Shown here in pieces: positions 58,071 through 64,000 of a stretch of 64,000 nucleotides of DNA. The notes beneath the pieces were generated by a model that saw only the letters and a program-made list of their open reading frames with translations, did no database searches and was not told where the DNA came from. Every line of letters starts with the position of its first letter. Position 1 is the first letter of the stretch. The DNA comes from an uncultured delta proteobacterium (GTDB lineage Bacteria; Myxococcota; Myxococcia; Myxococcales; Myxococcaceae): NCBI GenBank assembly GCA_963713045.1, contig CAVQKE010000003.1, positions 576,001 to 640,000 on the forward strand, read 5' to 3'. Made by a program: the position numbers and the translations under genes.

Positions 58071-59201
58071 ATGGCGGCTACCGCGGCGCATTGGCATGTC
58101 CTGCGGCACGCACGCATCGTTGCTGCGCACCCTGAGGTCCGCTCGCTGCAGGGCGCCTACCCCCTGTCGCAAGCCTTCATTGTCGGGCTGGTCGCCATTG
58201 ACGTTGGTCTCGCGTGGACCGTCCGGCACGCGTCGTGGCTGACCGTGTTCCTCGTTGCCTTCGGCGTCGGCGCGTTCGTTGCCCATGCGCTCGGTGTTTT
58301 GATTCACGAATGCACGCACAACCTGGTTGCCCACGGCACCCGCGCAAACAAAGTCTGGATGCTCGTCGCCAACCTGCCGCTTGTCGCTCCGGCTGCGGTC
58401 GAGTTCAGAGCTCAGCACCTGCTTCACCATAAGTTTCTTGGTGAGGTCGACGGGCGAGACACGCAAGCGCCTGCACGAGCCGAGATCGCCTTCACCGGGA
58501 CGAGCTCGCTGCGAAAGCTGGCCTCCTTCAGCTTGGGCCGTTTCTTTTACCGCGGCCGCCCGGCTAACGCTGTTCCGCGGGACGCCTTCCTCATCCTGAA
58601 TTGGGGCGTTCAACTCGCTGCGACTGCGGCGCTTGCTTGGCTCGTCGGCGGCAAAGGCCTCACGTTCCTTGGCGTCAGCGGCCTACTCGCCTTCGGACCG
58701 CATCCCGTCGGTGCACGGCGACTGTCTGAACACTTCGCGATGCGCGAGGGCCAACCGACCGTCTCTTATTATGGAATTCTCAACGGGGTGGCCTTCGATG
58801 TCGGTTATCACGTCGAGCATCATGACTTCCCAGCGATTGCGTGGCCTCGTCTGCGCGCTCTTCGAAAGCTTGCGCGCGAAGAGTATGAGGGGCTTTTCGC
58901 CTTCCGGTCCTGGACAGGCCTGCTCCTCTCGCATTTCTTCAACCCACACTACCGCGTCGACCACTACATAGGCTTCGGCAGGGTTTTGGAAAGCGACTTG
59001 GGAAAGTCCGGTGTTGGCGATCGCGGCCCCTTCCCCGACGCCCCCAGCCCAGGGGATGCCGTGACCTCTTCGCGCGGGACACAGTCCGGTCGGACCAGAA
59101 AATGGGTCCACCCTCGTTCGTCTAAGGTCGAGCAGCCGGTACAGCGCTGGTCGTCGCTGTCAGTGACAGGCGAAACCAGCGACAACGTGTCGTCCGATTG
59201 A
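58071..59201 (+). CDS. Membrane fatty acid desaturase, sphingolipid delta-4 (DEGS)-like
   Basis: His boxes HECTH, HLLHH, HVEHH; SYYG.LN...F.VGYH.EHHDFP; GGAGG RBS. Confidence 0.85.
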   Translation: MAATAAHWHVLRHARIVAAHPEVRSLQGAYPLSQAFIVGLVAIDVGLAWTVRHASWLTVFLVAFGVGAFVAHALGVLIHECTHNLVAHGTRANKVWMLVANLPLVAPAAVEFRAQHLLHHKFLGEVDGRDTQAPARAEIAFTGTSSLRKLASFSLGRFFYRGRPANAVPRDAFLILNWGVQLAATAALAWLVGGKGLTFLGVSGLLAFGPHPVGARRLSEHFAMREGQPTVSYYGILNGVAFDVGYHVEHHDFPAIAWPRLRALRKLAREEYEGLFAFRSWTGLLLSHFFNPHYRVDHYIGFGRVLESDLGKSGVGDRGPFPDAPSPGDAVTSSRGTQSGRTRKWVHPRSSKVEQPVQRWSSLSVTGETSDNVSSD

Positions 59202-59400
59202 CGCGCCTTTCGGATTTCCCGCAGACGCGCTTCACCACTTCGAAGCAGCCAGGGGCCGAACGAGCGCGTCGTGCCGCAAATTTGGCGGTGGGACTCTGGC
59301 GGCCTGCACCCAATCCTCAACGGAAGAGAGGAGTTGGAGGTAACCGCTTGCCGCGACCAACCCCAGTACCTACCGTCGATGGGGAGGAAGGAGTCTCCAA

Positions 59401-59670
59401 ATGGCCCTTGAGACGGTCTTGCTGTGGGTGGTGGTTGGCGGCATCGCTGGCTTCTTGGCCAACGCCGTCGCTCGAGGAGGCTACGGGCTCGGCGGTGACA
59501 TCGTCATCGGCGTAGTTGGAGCATTCATCGGCGGGTGGCTCTTCCACAGTATGCGGTGGCACGCCCCGTTAACCGGCCTGGCGGGGACAATCGTCATCGC
59601 CTTCATCGGCGCCGTCATTCTGCTGGTCGTCCTGCGCATGCTCCGGTCCTCTGGACCTAGGCGCGTCTGA
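59401..59670 (+). CDS. GlsB/YeaQ/YmgE (transglycosylase-associated) membrane protein
   Basis: G.IAG.LA..G..GDIVIGVVGAFIGG..IGAVILL; AAGGAG RBS. Confidence 0.92.
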   Translation: MALETVLLWVVVGGIAGFLANAVARGGYGLGGDIVIGVVGAFIGGWLFHSMRWHAPLTGLAGTIVIAFIGAVILLVVLRMLRSSGPRRV

Positions 59671-59718
59671 CTCGCGTCAATCCCACCCACAGGCTGAGGC
59701 CAACAGCGTTTTCGCAGC

Positions 59719-60720
59719 TTAGCTACTGGACGAGCCCTTCCAATCCAGCCACACGCCAGCACCCGTCGCAAGCGCGCGCTGATGGATGGCGTGAGCTGAG
59801 GCGAGGTCCTCGATGGCGATGCCCAGCGATTCGTAGACTGTAATGTCGTCGCGGGACAAGCGTCCGGGGACTTTTCCAATCAGCACCTCGCCCAGTTCCC
59901 CCAACAGGTGCGCCTCCTCAAGGGCGCCTTCGATGCGAGGGATTCGAAAGTCGCCAGACTCATTCAGGCACGAATCACGGCTGTCCGTGTAGAAGCGAGA
60001 CCGTCTTACCGCTTCGGTGTCGAGTTCGCGGTGAGTGGCGAGACACGCGCCTGATGCGTTCACATGGGCTCCGGGTGACAGCCATGCGCCGCGTACGACG
60101 GGCTCCGTGGCTGAGGTGACGGTGCAGATGAGATCCGCTCCACGAACCGCGGCCTCGACCGTCCCCATGACCTCAATGTCAAATCCCACGGCAGACGAGG
60201 ACTCGCGCGCCAAGCGCTCGGCATTCTCGCGCGTCCGGCTCCAAACTCGCACGCGACGTAGGCGGCGCACGATGGCCATTGCACTGAGGTGCATCCTGGC
60301 TTGGGTACCGGAGCCAATGAGCGCCAGGTCGCCCGCGTCGGCACGCGCCAGCGTATCCGTCGCGGCGGCAGACGCAGCGCCCGTTCGAATCGCGGTAATG
60401 GCGCCAGCATCAAGGATTGCCTGCGGCTCGCCATGGACGGCACCGACCAGGATGACCACCCCTTGGTGGGATTCGTAAGCTGTGCCGCGATTACCGGGCA
60501 TGACGCTGACCACTTTGATGCCGAAACTGAGCGGCTCCGCGAGGTAGCCTGGCATGAGGCCCAGCAACCCCGTGCCGTCGGGGAGACGCAAGAGGGTGCG
60601 AAGGGGCTGAACCGCGCCGCCGCGGGAGAAAGTGGCCAACGCATCGCGCATCAGTCCAATGCACACGCCCATCGGGAGCAGCTCACGAACCAACTGCTCG
60701 TTGATGAACAGGACCTTCAC
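59719..60720 (-). CDS. Ornithine cyclodeaminase/mu-crystallin family protein
   Basis: IKVVSV.P.N, ITAIRTGAAS, IGSGTQA, SLGIAIEDL. Confidence 0.93.
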   Translation of the reverse strand: MKVLFINEQLVRELLPMGVCIGLMRDALATFSRGGAVQPLRTLLRLPDGTGLLGLMPGYLAEPLSFGIKVVSVMPGNRGTAYESHQGVVILVGAVHGEPQAILDAGAITAIRTGAASAAATDTLARADAGDLALIGSGTQARMHLSAMAIVRRLRRVRVWSRTRENAERLARESSSAVGFDIEVMGTVEAAVRGADLICTVTSATEPVVRGAWLSPGAHVNASGACLATHRELDTEAVRRSRFYTDSRDSCLNESGDFRIPRIEGALEEAHLLGELGEVLIGKVPGRLSRDDITVYESLGIAIEDLASAHAIHQRALATGAGVWLDWKGSSSS

Positions 60721-60889
60721 GAGAGATTTCGCCCGCCTGGCGCCCAGTGTTGGTCCGAGCACCAGGCGGAATTCTAGCGCTTCCAACGCGGGACCGTGCG
60801 CTGTGGCGGACGGACGGATTGGCGGACTCACTCCTCTCGGGCGGAGCACCGTCCAGAGCCCCGGCCGTCCAATTTCGCCCATCCAAATG

Positions 60890-61639
60890 TCAGTGCTCTG
60901 TCTGATGCAACAATGAGACGAGGTTCTGGAGATCCGCTTCGTTGAGGTCGGATACCAGCCACCAGTCCATTCCCTCGGAAACCCAGTTCACTAGGTGGAA
61001 CCCCCGAAGAGTCTCGGGGCGCGGGCGGGTGTCGTGGCCCGCCTCTATCGGCCAGACGAAGGCATTGATGACGTGTTGTCGAGCCCGGTAAACGAGTGCT
61101 GCCACCGGCTGGCTACCGAGGTAATCCAGCCGGCCCCCCTCAAGCACGAACCCTTGCTCGCTCAAATCCCGCACCGGGAGGCTGAAGGGCAATTTGCCCT
61201 GGAACCAGGGCTTCACCGTGTGGCGGTCAGAGGAGGCCACGTCGGTGAGATGGTCTGCTTGAAGGGAACGGAGATGCGCCCCCAGGACCTCGACGGACAA
61301 ATCCTCCGCGGGCCGTCGCATCGAAGGAAGCGCCAAAAGGAATACCCCTACGGCGACGGCCAGAGGACCAGCAGCCCAGGCAATCCGCGAGATGCGCGTT
61401 GGCCATCGTCGGGGAGCCGCTCGCCGGACCGAATGCCGTACCCTTCGGAGAAATGCCGGTGAAGCTTCGGCCTCGGTCAGCGTGCGCTGGAGAAGATCGC
61501 GGAGCGCTTGCAAGTGCTCAAAATCCTGGCGGCAGGAGTGACAGGATGCGAGGTGTGCGCGTGCCTCAAGTACCCGCTCGACACTCAATTCATTGTCCAG
61601 GTACGCGTCCAGCACCTCGCCCAGGTGGTCTTCACTCAT
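60890..61639 (-). CDS. Zinc-finger anti-sigma factor
   Basis: AYLDNEL, HLASCHSC, TM, SSDRHTVKPWF, GGRLDY. Confidence 0.92.
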   Translation of the reverse strand: MSEDHLGEVLDAYLDNELSVERVLEARAHLASCHSCRQDFEHLQALRDLLQRTLTEAEASPAFLRRVRHSVRRAAPRRWPTRISRIAWAAGPLAVAVGVFLLALPSMRRPAEDLSVEVLGAHLRSLQADHLTDVASSDRHTVKPWFQGKLPFSLPVRDLSEQGFVLEGGRLDYLGSQPVAALVYRARQHVINAFVWPIEAGHDTRPRPETLRGFHLVNWVSEGMDWWLVSDLNEADLQNLVSLLHQTEH

Positions 61640-62214
61640 CGCTTTGCGCTCCCGCCGCTCGCCGAGAGGCGCTTGTGGAGCAGCCTTCGAGCTCGTGAAA
61701 GGCGTGACATGACGGTGCCGATGGGAATCTGGGCGATGTCCGCAATCTCCTTGTAGGAACAGTGTTCCAGCTCTCGAAGGACCACCACTTCGCGGAACTC
61801 GGCCGGCAGCGCGCGCACCGCCCGCTGGACGGCATCGGTGTCGATCGCGCGAAGCAATGCAGATTCGGGCGTCTCCGGTTGTGACGCTTCGTTCCACGGA
61901 GAAGCAACCGGTTGGAGCTCCTCGTCAAACGCCTCGGCGAGCTCGAGTTGCCCGCTCTTGCGAAGCACGGCGTAGCCTACGTTCCGGACGATGGATAGGA
62001 GCCAGGCGCGGGGATGTTCCCCCGAAAATCCGCCGAAATATAGGAAGGCGCGCATGAAGGCCTCTTGCACCACGTCTTCGGCGTCGGTTTCGGTGCCCAC
62101 CAGGGCACGCGCAAGACGCAGCGCAGCCCGAGCGTGCGGGAGGGCGACTCGCTCAAACTCCGCAGCCGACGGTTGAAACAAACGGGCACCCTTGAAGGCT
62201 CGGCCAGATGCCAA
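61636..62214 (-). CDS. ECF RNA polymerase sigma factor
   Basis: DAEDVVQEAF, AWLLSIVRN, SYKEIA..IPIGTVMSRLSRAR. Confidence 0.95.
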   Translation of the reverse strand: MASGRAFKGARLFQPSAAEFERVALPHARAALRLARALVGTETDAEDVVQEAFMRAFLYFGGFSGEHPRAWLLSIVRNVGYAVLRKSGQLELAEAFDEELQPVASPWNEASQPETPESALLRAIDTDAVQRAVRALPAEFREVVVLRELEHCSYKEIADIAQIPIGTVMSRLSRARRLLHKRLSASGGSAKR

Positions 62215-62295
62215 AGTCCTATGAGGGTTAGCATAGGGTCGAGGCAGAAGAGATTCCCCAGTTGAGCCGCCCCCGTCGACCGTCAGTCGAGTCTC

Positions 62296-62886
62296 TCACG
62301 TCCGAGTGGGCGCGCCAATTGGGGCAGCCTCAGTCCTTGGGACCGGCTGCGTTCGGCCAAGACGTCGGCGCCGCTGAAATAAGGCATCGAGGGACCACGG
62401 CCCCGGGCCGCTCGACAGCAGAAAGATACAGGACATGAACTGCGCAAAATCTGAGCGGCTCTCGTGCAGCACCGCCCACCAACCCACGACCGGAGGCGCC
62501 GGCGGCTTAGCCAGTGGCGAGGTTCCAAAATAGAGCGAGACCTTGGTCGAGAGAACTGCCACCACCATCTCGACGATAAAGGGAACGCTGATGAGGCGCG
62601 TTCCTAGGCCGGCGATGAGGAGCGCCCCGCCTCCGATTTCAAAGAGAGCGATGGCGGGAGCGAGAATCTCTGGAGCTGGCATTCCCAGTTTGGCGAAACG
62701 CCCCACCCCCTGGTTGACATAGACGAATTTGAGCAAGCCTTCCGAGACGAAGACTCCCCCAGCCATCAGGCGAATCGCCAGCGTGGCCTTCGGCCCAGAG
62801 GTGGGAGGGTGCGTGAGGAAACGAACCACATTCGCCAAGAACACGTTGCCTTCTCCTAAGTTGACGGACACGAGGGGCCGTACCAC
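62296..62886 (-). CDS. DoxX family membrane protein
   Basis: RL..G.VF..EG..KF, EI.GG.LL..GL.TR, GPGPWSLD; start uncertain. Confidence 0.88.
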   Translation of the reverse strand: MVRPLVSVNLGEGNVFLANVVRFLTHPPTSGPKATLAIRLMAGGVFVSEGLLKFVYVNQGVGRFAKLGMPAPEILAPAIALFEIGGGALLIAGLGTRLISVPFIVEMVVAVLSTKVSLYFGTSPLAKPPAPPVVGWWAVLHESRSDFAQFMSCIFLLSSGPGPWSLDALFQRRRRLGRTQPVPRTEAAPIGAPTRT

Positions 62887-62954
62887 CTAGATTCACCTCG
62901 GGCTCGGTCTATTCCCTGCCGCGAGTGGCATGCGCTTCGGCTAAGAGGGACTCC

Positions 62955-64000
62955 ATGGACTGGGTTTCATTCTTGTTCCTTCTTTTGGTTTCACTCCTTG
63001 GCGGTTCCTCTTCGGCAGCCGCCGAAACGCTCCCCAGTTCTGGACCTGCGGGCCTGGACCAGTTGTACCCCTCACTGGACGCCCTCTACCTAGACCTCCA
63101 TAGGAACCCGGAGCTGTCCCTCCACGAAGAGAAGACTGCGGGCAAACTCGCAGCGAAACTCCGGGCTCTCGGCTTCGAGGTAACGGAGCATGTGGGAGGA
63201 AACGGCGTCGTCGCCATTCTCCGGAACGGTCCTGGACCAACGGTCCTGATTCGGACCGACATGGATGCACTCCCAGTCAAGGAGTCCACCGGGCTTCCGT
63301 ACGCAAGCTCAGTCACGGTTAAGAACGATGTCGGGGAAGTCGTTCCCGTGATGCATGCCTGCGGCCACGACATCCACATGACCTCCTGGGTCGGCGCGGC
63401 GACACTCCTCGCCCAGTCGAGGACTTGGCGCGGGACGCTGGTCTTCGTGGCCGAGCCCGCCGAGGAATTGGGGCATGGTGCCGCTGCAATGCTAGAGGAC
63501 GGGTTCCTCAAGCGCTTCCCGCGCCCGGACTATGCGGTCGCCATCCACGACAGTGCTCTTTACGCTTCCGGGCAGGTGGCCATCGTCCCCGGCTTCGCCC
63601 TTGCCAATGTCGACATGGTGGATGTCACCATCTACGGAAAAGGCGGACACGGAGCCGCGCCCCACCGTGCGATTGACCCCATCGTCATCGCCGCCCGTAC
63701 CATCGTCGCACTCCAGACCATCGTGGCGAGAGAGGTGAATCCACTCGACGCGGCGGTGATTACTGTGGGTTCGATTCACGGCGGAACCAAGCACAACATC
63801 ATTCCCGACGAGGTGAAGCTCCAGCTTACAGTTCGGTCATATAAGCGGGATGTCCAGAAACAGCTCCTCGCTGCCATTGAGCGCATCACCAAGGCCGAAG
63901 CAGCAGCCGCCAGGGCCCCAAAGGAGCCTGCCGTCGTGGTTTTGCAAAACCAATCGGCGTTGGCGGTCTACAACGACCCAAAGCTCTCCAATCGATTGGC
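62955..64000 (+). CDS. M20 family amidohydrolase with signal peptide, runs off window end
   Basis: LHRNPELS..E, RTDMDALP, MHACGHD, PAEE, GGHGA.PH; absent from the ORF track because it has no stop in the window. Confidence 0.93.
   Translation, partial: MDWVSFLFLLLVSLLGGSSSAAAETLPSSGPAGLDQLYPSLDALYLDLHRNPELSLHEEKTAGKLAAKLRALGFEVTEHVGGNGVVAILRNGPGPTVLIRTDMDALPVKESTGLPYASSVTVKNDVGEVVPVMHACGHDIHMTSWVGAATLLAQSRTWRGTLVFVAEPAEELGHGAAAMLEDGFLKRFPRPDYAVAIHDSALYASGQVAIVPGFALANVDMVDVTIYGKGGHGAAPHRAIDPIVIAARTIVALQTIVAREVNPLDAAVITVGSIHGGTKHNIIPDEVKLQLTVRSYKRDVQKQLLAAIERITKAEAAAARAPKEPAVVVLQNQSALAVYNDPKLSNRL

Overview
A GC-rich bacterial window whose gene content suggests Myxococcota (inference). Core genes: two RND efflux modules, a YfcF-like GST, an acyl-CoA synthetase, PLP enzymes, transporters, an HtrA-like protease pair, msrB, a DUF4388-substrate-binding fusion, bshC-bshA divergent from a secreted PIG-L/small protein/SSS operon, an amino-acid/peptide catabolic cluster, a DEGS-like desaturase, an ECF sigma/anti-sigma pair and a partial M20 amidohydrolase. 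The main feature missed by the ORF track is a selenocysteine formate dehydrogenase (44822-46747; in-frame TGA at 45062, SECIS hairpin behind it). Its N-terminal Fe-S module is split off and encoded as the last gene of the operon. A degenerate island (~6.6-13.1 kb) holds two tRNA-Arg(CCG) 3'-half att-like remnants, two excisionase remnants, IS and kinase fragments and a PrlF/YhaV toxin-antitoxin pair. A second insert (~24.5-25.3 kb) holds a dead doc gene and an unannotated 54-aa antitoxin. By manual count GATC is almost absent from core DNA and concentrated in these inserts. All calls come from reading the sequence and recognising motifs; no database searches were run.
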